Positions 1 through 9,469 of a stretch of 32,068 nt of DNA are shown here, piece after piece. The notes under the pieces were generated by a model. The model searched no databases. It saw only the letters and a program-made list of their open reading frames with translations, and had not been told where the DNA came from. The translations under genes were made by a program, and so were the position numbers. Within the stretch, counting starts at the first letter, position 1, and the number at the start of each line of letters is the position of its first letter. The stretch lies in assembly GCA_964477215.1 (NCBI GenBank), contig CAYZET010000003.1:1-32068 (forward strand). Direction: 5' to 3'. The stretch is from an uncultured Syntrophaceae bacterium (lineage in GTDB: Bacteria > Desulfobacterota > Desulfomonilia > Desulfomonilales > Desulfomonilaceae).

Positions 1-84
1 TTCTGTCTGCAGTTGGTCCTTTCGGATAGCTCCCGGAATGGGCGTGGGCTGCTGTCTGATCCTACAATGGAAAAGGAGGCTTCC

Positions 85-1362
85 ATGGAAGGCAAAATAG
101 CTTCGGTACGTGCATTGGAAATCCTCGACTCTCGTGGAAATCCCACGGTGCGCGTTTTTGTTGAGCTGGACAACGGGGTGACCGCTTCATCTTCGGTGCC
201 GTCCGGAGCTTCTACGGGCGAGAACGAGGCTCTGGAGCTTCGTGATGGGGACAACAGCCGGTACGGCGGTAAAGGGGTGCTCAAGGCCGTGCACAATGTC
301 AACCAGGAAATAGCGCCCAAAGTGCTCGGTGTGCCCTCAACACGACAGGCCGAAATTGATCGACTAATGATTGAGCTGGACGGAACCCCCACGAAAAGCA
401 AACTCGGGGCTAACGCCATTCTCGGGGTCTCCATGGCGGCTGCTCGGGCGGCGGCCATTACGACCGGTTTCCCCTTGTACAATTATCTGGGGGGGGCAGG
501 TGCAGTGCGAATTCCCGTGCCGATGATGAACATAGTCAACGGGGGACAGCATGCGGACAATAGCGTAGACTTTCAAGAGTTTATGGTCATGCCGATAGGC
601 GCTCCCACCTTTCGGGAAGCTCTGCGTTACGGTGTCGAGACGTTCCAGGCCTTGAAAAAGATCTTGAAGTCAAAAGGATACGCGACCAGCGTGGGGGACG
701 AAGGCGGTTTTGCGCCAAACTTGAAGAGCAACGACGAGGCATGTGAGCTTATCATTGAAGCGATTGAAGCTGCGGGCTACGAGCCCGGCAAAGATGTGGC
801 CATTGCTCTCGACCCGGCGGCAAGCTCCTTTTTTGAGGACGGGAAATATCACCTGAGCAAATCAGGACAAGGGATTAAGACAAGTGCCGAAATGACCGCT
901 CTTTACAAATCATGGATCGAAAAATACCCGATTGTCTCCCTGGAAGACGGTCTCGCAGAGAATGATTGGGAAGGCTTCCGAGAGCATACGGCCGCTCTCG
1001 GGAAGTCAACACAGATTGTGGGCGACGACATTTATGTCACGAACACGCGTTTCATTGCCCGGGGCATCGAAGAGGGCACGACGAACGCAGTCCTCATAAA
1101 ACTGAACCAGATCGGCACGGTTACGGAGACGATCGATGCTGTTGGACTTTGCCGCAAAGCCGGATGGGGCTACGTGATTTCCCACCGTTCGGGAGAGACG
1201 GAGGATACGTTCCTTGCCGATTTTGCGGTGGCTATGGGTGGAGGACAGATCAAGACAGGCTCAGCCAGCCGCAGCGAGCGAATCGCGAAATACAATCGAC
1301 TCCTGGAGATAGAGGCGGAGCTCGGAAGAAGTGCTGTCTTCAAGAATCCACTCAAACCGTGA
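85..1362 (+). CDS. eno: enolase (phosphopyruvate hydratase)
   Basis: The translation carries enolase hallmarks: [10 protein letters not shown] near the N-terminus and [18 protein letters not shown] near the C-terminus. ATG 85 is preferred over TTG 13 or ATG 67 because AAGGAGG (72-78) lies 6 nt upstream. It gives 425 aa, typical for enolase. Confidence 0.95.
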   Translation: MEGKIASVRALEILDSRGNPTVRVFVELDNGVTASSSVPSGASTGENEALELRDGDNSRYGGKGVLKAVHNVNQEIAPKVLGVPSTRQAEIDRLMIELDGTPTKSKLGANAILGVSMAAARAAAITTGFPLYNYLGGAGAVRIPVPMMNIVNGGQHADNSVDFQEFMVMPIGAPTFREALRYGVETFQALKKILKSKGYATSVGDEGGFAPNLKSNDEACELIIEAIEAAGYEPGKDVAIALDPAASSFFEDGKYHLSKSGQGIKTSAEMTALYKSWIEKYPIVSLEDGLAENDWEGFREHTAALGKSTQIVGDDIYVTNTRFIARGIEEGTTNAVLIKLNQIGTVTETIDAVGLCRKAGWGYVISHRSGETEDTFLADFAVAMGGGQIKTGSASRSERIAKYNRLLEIEAELGRSAVFKNPLKP

Positions 1363-1390
1363 AGCATGCGCGCAGGAGCTTGGTCCGAGC

Positions 1391-1831
1391 ATGATGGAGG
1401 CTGATGCTCTCATGAGTAATAATCACATTCGGGGTATTTCCGTTACGCTTTCCCTATTGGACAAAGCCCTTTGCGAATTCGACCACTGGGCGCGTGGCAA
1501 CGAGATCCGGTCAGTGTTATACGAGGTCCGTAACACGCTCTCACCGGCCCAGCGCCGATTGATCGCGTCAGAAGTAGGTGGCATGAAAGCTACGGTCGAC
1601 GAGATTCGAGCCGAGTTAGGCCTTGAAGCCTCTGTGCACTCTGTCGAAAAAATGATAGTAGGGTCTTGCTCTGTGCTTTGGACGTCTCTCGTCGAGCTTG
1701 AAGGCACCCGGCTCCGTAGATACGGGGAGGTGCCCCCTGGGGTGGCGGAATACCTGGACCCGAAGATTGCCTTACTTAACGACGGCCTCCGGCGCATAGC
1801 CGCAATTGCGGCGGGACCCCAGCCCCCGTAG
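1391..1831 (+). CDS. hypothetical protein (146 aa, predicted helical, no recognisable family)
   Basis: Open frame directly downstream of eno. Its amino-acid composition is balanced, unlike the Ser/Arg-rich antisense ORF 1423-1899. The start is placed at the ATGATG at 1391. I recognise no motif. Confidence 0.45.
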   Translation: MMEADALMSNNHIRGISVTLSLLDKALCEFDHWARGNEIRSVLYEVRNTLSPAQRRLIASEVGGMKATVDEIRAELGLEASVHSVEKMIVGSCSVLWTSLVELEGTRLRRYGEVPPGVAEYLDPKIALLNDGLRRIAAIAAGPQPP

Positions 1832-1963
1832 GACATAAGTCCCCCCCGAGCCGGACCGAAGAGCTGAATCTTTTCCGAGGATTCCGAAAACACTAACAAT
1901 GTTGTCTTGATGCAACTCTCTCGCGCATCTCATGGTAAGAGCTTATGAGATCGCACTGCAGGG

Positions 1964-3184
1964 GTGTCTACCGTGAACGACTGGCTGCTAACGAGCCTTT
2001 GGATAGGCCTGGCCCTTTTGTCTTCTCTCATTTCTATTCGAGTAGGGATATCCGTGGCGCTGATCGAAATAGTCGTCGGCGCCTGTGCAGGAAATCTGAT
2101 CGACCTTACCTTGACCCCGTGGGTCAATTACCTTGCCGGCTTCGGGGCCATATTGCTAACGTTTCTTGCGGGGGCAGAAATCGATCCGACCGTCATCCGT
2201 AGACATTTCTGGTCGAGCGTCGGCATAGGAGTAGCGGGCTTTTTCGCACCGTTCTTCGGGGTTCTGTTCTATGCACACTACGTTTCCGGATGGCCCTGGC
2301 CTCAGGCCCAGATTGCAGGGATTGCCCTTTCAACCACCTCGGTGGCGGTGGTGTACGCGGTGATGGTTGAAACCGGTCTCAATGAAGCAGAGATCGGAAA
2401 GATCATCCTTGCTGCGTGTTTCATCAATGATCTCGGCACGGTTCTCGCTCTCGGAATCCTCTTTGCCAATTATAACGTATGGCTGGCTCTGTTTGGGGCG
2501 GTCACTGCCGTATCCATGTGGCTCTTGCCGAAATTTGTTCCATGGTTCTTCCGGAGAGTGGGTAGCAGGGTGAGTGAGCCTGAGATCAAGTTCATTTTTC
2601 TCGTACTCTTTGCGCTCGGCGGCCTGGCCGGCATGGCGAAGAGTGAGGCCGTGTTGCCCGCGTATCTCATAGGGATGGTCCTCGCGCCTTTCTTTCTTCA
2701 GGACAGGGTGCTGGCCCAGAGAATGCGTGTAATGGCGTTCACCTTGCTCACCCCATTCTATTTTCTAAAGGCGGGTTCGCTCGTGAAAGCCGAGACGCTC
2801 ATAACCGGCATAGGGATCATCGCCATTTTCTTGGCGGTCAAGATGGCAACCAAATTCGCTGGCATCTGGCCTCTCACAAAGGCTTTCCGATTCGAACCGC
2901 GTGAGGGCATGTACACGACGCTCATGATGTGTACGGGGCTGACGTTCGGCAGTATTTCAGCATTGTTTGGACTGACCAATGGGATCATAAACCAGGATCA
3001 GTACACAATCCTGGTTGCTGCAGTGATAGGGAGTGCTGTAGTTCCGACGCTTATCGCCCAGAGGTGGTTTGAGCCCAGCGTGCCGGCTAGACGGGCCGAA
3101 TTGCCGTCCAGAGAACAACCTCTCGTCGGCACGGTTCGGGATTCGGAAGATGGGCTGGGATCCCGGGCGAAGCAGGCGGGCTAG
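1964..3184 (+). CDS. cation:proton antiporter (Na+/H+ exchanger family membrane protein)
   Basis: 406-aa polytopic hydrophobic protein. Its N-terminus (LALLSSLISIRVGISVALIEIVVGACAGN) and repeated glycine-rich TM segments are typical of the sodium/hydrogen exchanger family. There is no C-terminal KTN domain. The start is GTG 1964, or possibly GTG 1973. Confidence 0.75.
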   Translation: MSTVNDWLLTSLWIGLALLSSLISIRVGISVALIEIVVGACAGNLIDLTLTPWVNYLAGFGAILLTFLAGAEIDPTVIRRHFWSSVGIGVAGFFAPFFGVLFYAHYVSGWPWPQAQIAGIALSTTSVAVVYAVMVETGLNEAEIGKIILAACFINDLGTVLALGILFANYNVWLALFGAVTAVSMWLLPKFVPWFFRRVGSRVSEPEIKFIFLVLFALGGLAGMAKSEAVLPAYLIGMVLAPFFLQDRVLAQRMRVMAFTLLTPFYFLKAGSLVKAETLITGIGIIAIFLAVKMATKFAGIWPLTKAFRFEPREGMYTTLMMCTGLTFGSISALFGLTNGIINQDQYTILVAAVIGSAVVPTLIAQRWFEPSVPARRAELPSREQPLVGTVRDSEDGLGSRAKQAG

Positions 3185-3316
3185 GTATGCGTCCATGGGC
3201 ACGCTTCTGATGCAAGGGGGCCCTTTTTGTCGCGATTTAAAGGTAAGAAATCTCTCAACCCTGGAGGGGGAGTCATAACACTCGTCCCCCGACATGGGAA
3301 GTGGAAAGGAAAGGAA

Positions 3317-3736
3317 ATGCTCAAGAAGATTTTGGTCGGTCTGGACGGATCACCGCACTCCTTCAAGGCTCTGGAGGAGGGTGTTTTGCTCGCAAGGCTT
3401 GCTGGTACGGAGATTCACACGATTTCAGTGGAGGAACTGCCGCGATTTCCGGGAACCGTTGGCGAAGTCATAGAAGAAAAAGCAACCGCAAATACCACTT
3501 TTGGAGCGGCCGTGGATCAGGCTCGCCAAATGGCAGACGCAAAAGGAGTGAAACTCCGACCTCATGTGCTGGTCGGCCACGAGGTTCGAACAATTGTGGA
3601 GTTTGTGAAGGAGAACGAATACGACCTTCTTATCGTGGGATTCATGGGGCATTCCGCAATTTACGATCGGATAATGGGGGGAACGTGTCAGAATCTCGTG
3701 CGGTTAGCTCCGTGCTCGGTCCTGGTCGTCAAATGA
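3317..3736 (+). CDS. universal stress protein (UspA family)
   Basis: MLKKILVGLDGSPHS at the N-terminus and GGTCQNLVRLAPCSVLVVK at the C-terminus match the Usp fold signature. ATG 3317 is preceded by a GGAAAGGAAAGGAA purine tract. Length is 139 aa. Confidence 0.85.
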   Translation: MLKKILVGLDGSPHSFKALEEGVLLARLAGTEIHTISVEELPRFPGTVGEVIEEKATANTTFGAAVDQARQMADAKGVKLRPHVLVGHEVRTIVEFVKENEYDLLIVGFMGHSAIYDRIMGGTCQNLVRLAPCSVLVVK

Positions 3737-3910
3737 CGGATAGTTTACGGGTCTGGACTCTGTGAGATCCGAGGATGGAGAAAAGACCGTGAAGCACAGA
3801 GCTATTGTACCATCGCCTTCGAACGGACGAGTCGACACCAGTTTCTATGGTTCATCCGTCCGTATCGAGGCTTTCTTGGTCTCGCCGAGTAGAGTCTGGG
3901 AGACAATGTC

Positions 3911-5104
3911 GTGAACAGCGTGCTCCACACGTCGCGCTCATGCGATATCTCGAAGTCAGTGGCGCTCAACTTTGTGGTCTTGATTGGCGTGGTCAGCCTG
4001 TTCTCGGATCTCACGTACGAGGGAGCTCGGAGCGCGACCGGACCGTTCCTGGCAGTTCTGGGCGCCAGCGGCACGGTGGTCGGAGTTGTGGCAGGGCTGG
4101 GAGAGCTAATCGGTTATGCTCTGCGCCTCGTATCCGGCTATTTTGCGGATAAGACCCGGAAATACTGGACCATTGTCTTTCTGGGTTACGGTTTGAATCT
4201 GTTGGCGGTCCCTCTGTTGGCTCTTGCGGGGAATTGGGAGATTGCAGCCATCCTCATGGTTGCGGAGCGCATGGGGAAAGCTATACGGACGCCCGCGCGT
4301 GACGTAATGTTGGCCTGCGCGTCTGATAGCATCGGCCGCGGATGGGGATTTGGGTTGCATGAAGCCTTGGACCAGATTGGTGCTGTCTGCGGTCCCCTGG
4401 TGGTGGCTGCGGTCTTCTATTCCAGAGGCACCTATCAAGCGGGATTTGCAGTGCTCCTCATCCCGGCCATTGTCGCGTTGAGCGTGCTCTTCATGGCATA
4501 CAGACTGTATCCGCGGCCTCATGACCTGGAATCCGCGTCGGTCAAGCTGCAAAGCAAAGGGTTTCCGCGATCCTTTTGGCTGTACCTCACCGCCATCGGG
4601 TGTGTGGCAGCCGGATACGCTGATTTCCCCTTGGTGGCATATCATTTCAAAAAGGTCGCTTCAGTTCCGGAGCATTGGATACCTGTCTTCTACGCCGTGG
4701 CCATGGGGGTTGACGCTATCGCGGCCCTTATTTTTGGCCGCGTCTTTGACAGGGTGGGATTCCCTGTGTTGGTCTTTGCCGTTCTCCTGTCGTCTCTCTT
4801 TGCACCACTCGTATTCATGGGTGGCTTTCACTCGGCGCTCGTTGGGATGGCTCTATGGGGTATCGGAATGGGAGCCCAGGAGTCTATCGTTCGGGCGGCA
4901 ATAGCGGAAATCGTTCCTAGAAGTCGGCTGGGATTTGCTTTCGGCCTGTTTAACACGGTCTTTGGAGTGGCATGGTTTGCAGGGAGCGCCCTGATGGGGG
5001 TGTTGTACGACCTGTCGGTGTGGACCCTCGTTGTCTTCTCTCTGGTTGCACAGATGTTGGCTGTTCCGGTGATCTTGCTTTCGATGAGGCAGCATCAAAT
5101 CTGA
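3911..5104 (+). CDS. MFS transporter
   Basis: 397-aa protein with about 12 hydrophobic segments. It has an MFS motif-A-like loop (SGYFADKTRKYW) after TM2. GTG start. Confidence 0.75.
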   Translation: MNSVLHTSRSCDISKSVALNFVVLIGVVSLFSDLTYEGARSATGPFLAVLGASGTVVGVVAGLGELIGYALRLVSGYFADKTRKYWTIVFLGYGLNLLAVPLLALAGNWEIAAILMVAERMGKAIRTPARDVMLACASDSIGRGWGFGLHEALDQIGAVCGPLVVAAVFYSRGTYQAGFAVLLIPAIVALSVLFMAYRLYPRPHDLESASVKLQSKGFPRSFWLYLTAIGCVAAGYADFPLVAYHFKKVASVPEHWIPVFYAVAMGVDAIAALIFGRVFDRVGFPVLVFAVLLSSLFAPLVFMGGFHSALVGMALWGIGMGAQESIVRAAIAEIVPRSRLGFAFGLFNTVFGVAWFAGSALMGVLYDLSVWTLVVFSLVAQMLAVPVILLSMRQHQI

Positions 5105-5247
5105 TAGGACTGTCCAGAGCAAGGGGGAGGTCACCGGACACAATCCTGCCATGTGCTACTGACATCCAATGATTGGTGCGCTCCCGGATCACATTACCGA
5201 TGCCGCCAGTGCGTGGGCCGACGGGTTCCTAATTGTGCCGCCTCATT

Positions 5248-6360
5248 TCACGCGAAGGCATTTCGGGAATTCGGGTCAATAAGAAAGAGATGCTCTGCCG
5301 GAAGGCTTACGAGAATGGACTGTCCTATTGCAAGGTTCAGTCTGTTCGCAATAGAGCGGCTGACAGCTATCTCCAAGGTCCTTGATCGGCCCTCAATCGT
5401 TGCGATGATCGTGAAACTGGCTCCGGTTTCAAGAATGCTGCGCACGGTGCCGCCTATGGTATTGCTCCCATTCGGCGGCAGCTCTACCGAGGGTAGAACA
5501 TCGATATCTTCACATCTTATACCCAGAATGCACTCGTCATTGTCTGTGACTCGCCACTCCTTTCCATCATTTGATACGTTCAGGTTTGCACCGAGGTCTT
5601 CGCACCGCACGGACAAAGATCCTCCTGCAACCCGATCGATCCTGGCACGAAAAAGATTACCAACGCCCAAGAACTTTGCAACCTCCACGCTCTGCGGGCA
5701 GCCGTAGATTTCTCTCTTGGTCCCCTGCTGATGAACCCTACCGTCAATAATGATGCTTATGGTATCGCCCAGGAAGAAAGCTTCTTCCAAGTCGTGAGTG
5801 ACCATCAGAGTGGCAAGCTCATACCGGCCCTGCAGGTCTTTCATGAGATACCACAACTCTCTCTTTAGACTCTCGTGAAGGGCAGAGAGAGGCTCGTCCA
5901 ACACCAGGTTCTTGCAGCCTGAGACGATGGCCCTCGCCAGAGCGGTTCTCTGGCGTTCCCCGCCACTCAAATTTCTAATTCGTCTGTCCAGAAGATGCTC
6001 GATGCCGAGAGAGTCAATGAGCTCTTTCGCGACCCCGTTATCCGTGTTGAGTCGCATGCCCTTGATTCTTCTCGCATAAAGAATGTTTTCCCTCACGGTC
6101 ATGTGAGGAAACAAAGCCAAGTCTTGAGGCACGTAAGAGAGTCTTCGTTTTTCCATGGGGAGAAGCGTAATTTCATCGCCGTTTACAAGGACTTTCCCCC
6201 GTTCGGGCTTTCTCAGTCCGATGACGGACTCGAGCAGGAGAGTCTTGCCGCTCCCGGTAGGCCCGAGTATGACGTGGCAGGAAGACGGGTGAACCCTGAG
6301 GGAAACGTTCCTGAGGACAAACCCCCCCGCTCTGGCAGAAAGATCGCGAACCTCAAGCAT
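5248..6360 (-). CDS. modC: ABC transporter ATP-binding protein, molybdate/tungstate type, with C-terminal TOBE-like domain
   Basis: Walker A GPTGSGKT, ABC signature LSGGERQR and Walker B LVLDEPLSAL are present. A C-terminal extension of about 130 aa resembles the extension found in ModC/WtpC-type ATPases. The start overlaps the upstream permease stop by 8 nt. Confidence 0.8.
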   Translation of the reverse strand: MLEVRDLSARAGGFVLRNVSLRVHPSSCHVILGPTGSGKTLLLESVIGLRKPERGKVLVNGDEITLLPMEKRRLSYVPQDLALFPHMTVRENILYARRIKGMRLNTDNGVAKELIDSLGIEHLLDRRIRNLSGGERQRTALARAIVSGCKNLVLDEPLSALHESLKRELWYLMKDLQGRYELATLMVTHDLEEAFFLGDTISIIIDGRVHQQGTKREIYGCPQSVEVAKFLGVGNLFRARIDRVAGGSLSVRCEDLGANLNVSNDGKEWRVTDNDECILGIRCEDIDVLPSVELPPNGSNTIGGTVRSILETGASFTIIATIEGRSRTLEIAVSRSIANRLNLAIGQSILVSLPAEHLFLIDPNSRNAFA

Positions 6361-7126
6361 ACGAATCTCCCCTGGAGAGCAGTCGCACGAAGTAGAGAAT
6401 GCTCAGACCGATCGACACGAGTATCAGAATCAAGACCACGGTTCCTTCAATCTCGGCGCTGGCGAGCCTCATGAATATTGCGATGGGCAAGGTTTCCGTC
6501 TTCATCGACATAGACCCTGCTATGGTAATGGTTGCACCGAACTCGCCTAAAGCCTTCGCCCACGAGAGTATGCACGTGGCATAAATGCCTCTCCTGCTCA
6601 GAGGCAACGTGATGGTGAAGAAGGCTTTGGCAGGAGAGGCCCCGAGAGTGCGGGCAACTGCCTCGTACCGGACCGGAATCTCATCCATCGCCGCCTTTAT
6701 CAGCCTTGTCGATACTCCACAGATGGTGACAAACTGAGCCAGGACGATACCGTAGAAAGTGAACACGAACTGTGCACCGTGATCCTGGATCCACAGTCCG
6801 ACAGGGTTATTGAAGAAGATTAACAGCATCGCGCCCAGCGCAGCCGGAGATACAATCATGGGGAGCTCCAAGATTGTGTCTACCGCTCTCTTGCCTGGAA
6901 AGTCGTATCGGGACAGGGCAAAAGCAGATGGCAACGCAATAAGTACGGAAAGAACAGTGCTCACTGTCGCGGCAGTCAAGCTGAGGCGAATGGAGAAGAT
7001 AGTCCTTTGGGAGGCTAAGGTCGTTGCCAAGGGGTCCCATTGAAAGAAATAGAAGAGGGACGCAATGAGGCCCCCGTAGAGGAAGAAGATGAGAAAACAA
7101 GAAATTATCGAGATCTTCTTGAACAA
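6353..7126 (-). CDS. modB: ABC transporter permease, molybdate/tungstate type
   Basis: The EAA-loop region YEAVARTLGASPAKAFFTITLPL closely resembles E. coli ModB (ARTLGA...FFTVTLPL). There are six hydrophobic segments. The TTG start at 7126 lacks an obvious SD, so the start is uncertain. Confidence 0.8.
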   Translation of the reverse strand: MFKKISIISCFLIFFLYGGLIASLFYFFQWDPLATTLASQRTIFSIRLSLTAATVSTVLSVLIALPSAFALSRYDFPGKRAVDTILELPMIVSPAALGAMLLIFFNNPVGLWIQDHGAQFVFTFYGIVLAQFVTICGVSTRLIKAAMDEIPVRYEAVARTLGASPAKAFFTITLPLSRRGIYATCILSWAKALGEFGATITIAGSMSMKTETLPIAIFMRLASAEIEGTVVLILILVSIGLSILYFVRLLSRGDSYA

Positions 7127-7218
7127 AATGTCACACCGTTGCCCGGAGCTTGCCTGAAAAGACCCAAATCCGGCTTACCTTTTTGGCTGATGGACGACCG
7201 GTGCCAGGCTCTTGCAGG

Positions 7219-8469
7219 TCAGTTCCGCGTCCAAAAAGGAGAATCCTCCGTCAAAGGGGTATTTGAATGCAAGAGCTGCGCCTGGACTTTCTCCCCCTGC
7301 GGAAAGCTTTCCTGAACCGGTGGCAGGATCATGAGCCCGTCGGCAAGTACCATCGACCTCAAAGCTCCCGAGCTCTGCGTCCCTGTAGAAAAAGCCTTGA
7401 CCGTGCCATTTTCCCGGACGAGCTTGCACCGTGCCAAATGCAGGCGCCCCGGCACTGATGAAATGCCTTCGCCGAGAACCGCTTCGATTGTAGGCCTGAA
7501 TATCCTCCTATGTCCCATCATTTTCAAGAGAGCGGGTCTGACGAATTGCTCAAAGGAGATCATTGCGGAAGTCGGATTTCCCGGCAGCCCAAAAACCGGC
7601 TTGTTACCTATGGTTCCGAAAACCAAGGGCTTTCCCGGCTTCATGGCCACCCTCCAGAATTTGACCTTCATGCCTATTTCAGACAGAGTCTCTTTGACCA
7701 AATCGTATTTGCCCACCGACACCCCTCCGGACGTAATAATACAATCTGCCCGTAGCCCCTCACAAATCTTGGATCGTTGGTCCTCCTCATCGTCTGACGC
7801 AATGCCGAGAGACAAGGGGATGGCGCCACAATCCAACACCTGGGCAGCGAGACTGTAGGTGTTCGAACAGACCACCTTGCCGCGGGTAAGCGGTTCGTCG
7901 AGATCCACGAGCTCATTGCCGGTAGACAGAATCGCCACGATTGGACGCTGAAAAGCATGGATGTACGCTTTCCCCAGTGTTGCGAGCATCCCTATTTCTG
8001 CCGGGCGTATGACGTGGCCTGGGTGCAATACCACCTCCCCGGATTTCACGTCTTCACCGGCGGGCCTTATGTAGGCCCCCTTTCCCGGATCCGCGAAAAC
8101 CGTCACGAGCTCGCCGGCAATCTCTGTGTCTTCGACCATGATCACGGTGTCCGCGCCGGCAGGAATGACCCCGCCGGTAGTGATTCGCACTACTTCCCCC
8201 GGTCCTACTGTCCCGGAAAAAGGTTTGCCCGCGGGGGCCTCTCCAATAAGTCGGAGCCGAGCCGGTCTCGCCGAGCTCGCGCCGGCCACATCCTCGTGTC
8301 GGCACGCGTAGCCGTCCATAGCCGAATTGTCATGAGTGGGGATATCACGGGTGGCTCTCACCTCATGCGCAAGAACCCTGCCCAAGGCTTCAAGGATGTG
8401 GATCCTTTCAGTCGCCAGTACCGGAACCTCCGCCAGCACTTGACGTTGGGCTTCTCCTATGTCGATCAT
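7219..8469 (-). CDS. moeA: molybdopterin molybdotransferase (MoeA family)
   Basis: 416 aa with a typical MoeA N-terminus and the NSAMDGYA motif. The central MoCF-binding-like segment is ILSTGNEL...SGGVSVGKYD. ATG 8469 is preceded by AAAGGAGAA. Confidence 0.9.
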   Translation of the reverse strand: MIDIGEAQRQVLAEVPVLATERIHILEALGRVLAHEVRATRDIPTHDNSAMDGYACRHEDVAGASSARPARLRLIGEAPAGKPFSGTVGPGEVVRITTGGVIPAGADTVIMVEDTEIAGELVTVFADPGKGAYIRPAGEDVKSGEVVLHPGHVIRPAEIGMLATLGKAYIHAFQRPIVAILSTGNELVDLDEPLTRGKVVCSNTYSLAAQVLDCGAIPLSLGIASDDEEDQRSKICEGLRADCIITSGGVSVGKYDLVKETLSEIGMKVKFWRVAMKPGKPLVFGTIGNKPVFGLPGNPTSAMISFEQFVRPALLKMMGHRRIFRPTIEAVLGEGISSVPGRLHLARCKLVRENGTVKAFSTGTQSSGALRSMVLADGLMILPPVQESFPQGEKVQAQLLHSNTPLTEDSPFWTRN

Positions 8470-8599
8470 GGCTTCTCCTTTGTTCAGATGCTCCCCCAGA
8501 GAAGCAGTCTGTCAATGTCGAACTTGGATGGTGCAACTCGCTGCGATGGGGCGAGGATACTCGCAACCAACACTCCTCAGCTCCAGTGAGCCGCCCTGC

Positions 8600-9469
8600 T
8601 CACTTCTTGACCCAATCCTGGGGTATCACGTACTCCCCGCCCACGGGTTTTTTCTCGCCGACCCAGGCAGTAGCCTCCTCAGCACTCATAAAATAGTGGT
8701 ACTTTCGGAAGATACTCTTGCCGTCATCTGACAAGAGGAAATCGATGAACTGTTGGGCTAGCGACCGATTTGAGGTGAATTTGGCTATCGCGATGGGGAT
8801 GTATCCTATGCGGATCACTTGGGACTTATCGAGCGGAATGGTCTCGATGCGCTCCGGGTCCCAATAGTGAAACACCCGCCAGCCTATAACGGCGTCCGCT
8901 GCCTTTAGCGAGATCGCAGTGGCCGTCTTTTCACAGCTCTCTGTGTAGTTAATGAGATTCTTCTTGAACAACCCTTTCTCTTCAGGAGTCAAGAGCGATT
9001 CGACAATTTCTACTGCGTAGGCCCCGACGCATACTCCCTCCGGGTTGGCTATAGCCACTTTGAGACCGGGACGAGTGAGGTCTTTGAGGGTCTCGATGTT
9101 CCTGGGGTTTCCTTTCTGGACATTGATTGCAGGAACCAGATAGACGACGATCTTCTCGGATTCTGGGAAGACAACGTCCTTCTTCTTTGCCAGCTCCATA
9201 TAATCTGAGGAGCCCGGGAAATAGATGTCCCCCTTCTTGCCAAGCATCATTTGGGACAAGACGTACCCTGACCCGCCGAAGATAACGTCCACCTTGATCC
9301 CCGTCTTATTCTCAAATGCCTTTGCTGCTTCTTCTGTGGGTGGTTTGCTGGCAGCACCCGCGAACACCATGAGACTGTCCGCTGCAACGCATTTCTCCGA
9401 ACTGCTCGATATGAAGAGACACACCAGAAGGATAACCAATGCAAATGAAAACACGACCGTCCTGTTCAC
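8600..9469 (-). CDS. modA: periplasmic molybdate/tungstate-binding protein (ModA-like solute-binding protein)
   Basis: Signal peptide MNRTVVFSFALVILLVCLFISSS is followed by LMVFAGAASKPPTEEAAKAF...DVIFGGSG, resembling ModA (VFAAASL...). The GTG start is preceded by AAGGAGAG. It sits in an operon with the permease, the ATPase and moeA. Confidence 0.75.
   Translation of the reverse strand: MNRTVVFSFALVILLVCLFISSSSEKCVAADSLMVFAGAASKPPTEEAAKAFENKTGIKVDVIFGGSGYVLSQMMLGKKGDIYFPGSSDYMELAKKKDVVFPESEKIVVYLVPAINVQKGNPRNIETLKDLTRPGLKVAIANPEGVCVGAYAVEIVESLLTPEEKGLFKKNLINYTESCEKTATAISLKAADAVIGWRVFHYWDPERIETIPLDKSQVIRIGYIPIAIAKFTSNRSLAQQFIDFLLSDDGKSIFRKYHYFMSAEEATAWVGEKKPVGGEYVIPQDWVKK

Noticed and set aside
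13-84. N-terminal extension of the enolase ORF (TTG 13 / ATG 67)
   Set aside because: The extension is not enolase-like. The strong SD sits directly before ATG 85, which gives a canonical-length enolase.
1423-1899. 158-aa minus-strand ORF opposite the hypothetical gene 1391-1831
   Set aside because: Its Ser/Arg/Pro-rich composition is typical of an antisense frame. The plus-strand frame has a more protein-like composition and sits in operon-like position after eno. Neither frame is proven.
4106-4645. 179-aa minus-strand ORF
   Set aside because: It is antisense to the MFS transporter and has no membrane or domain features of its own.
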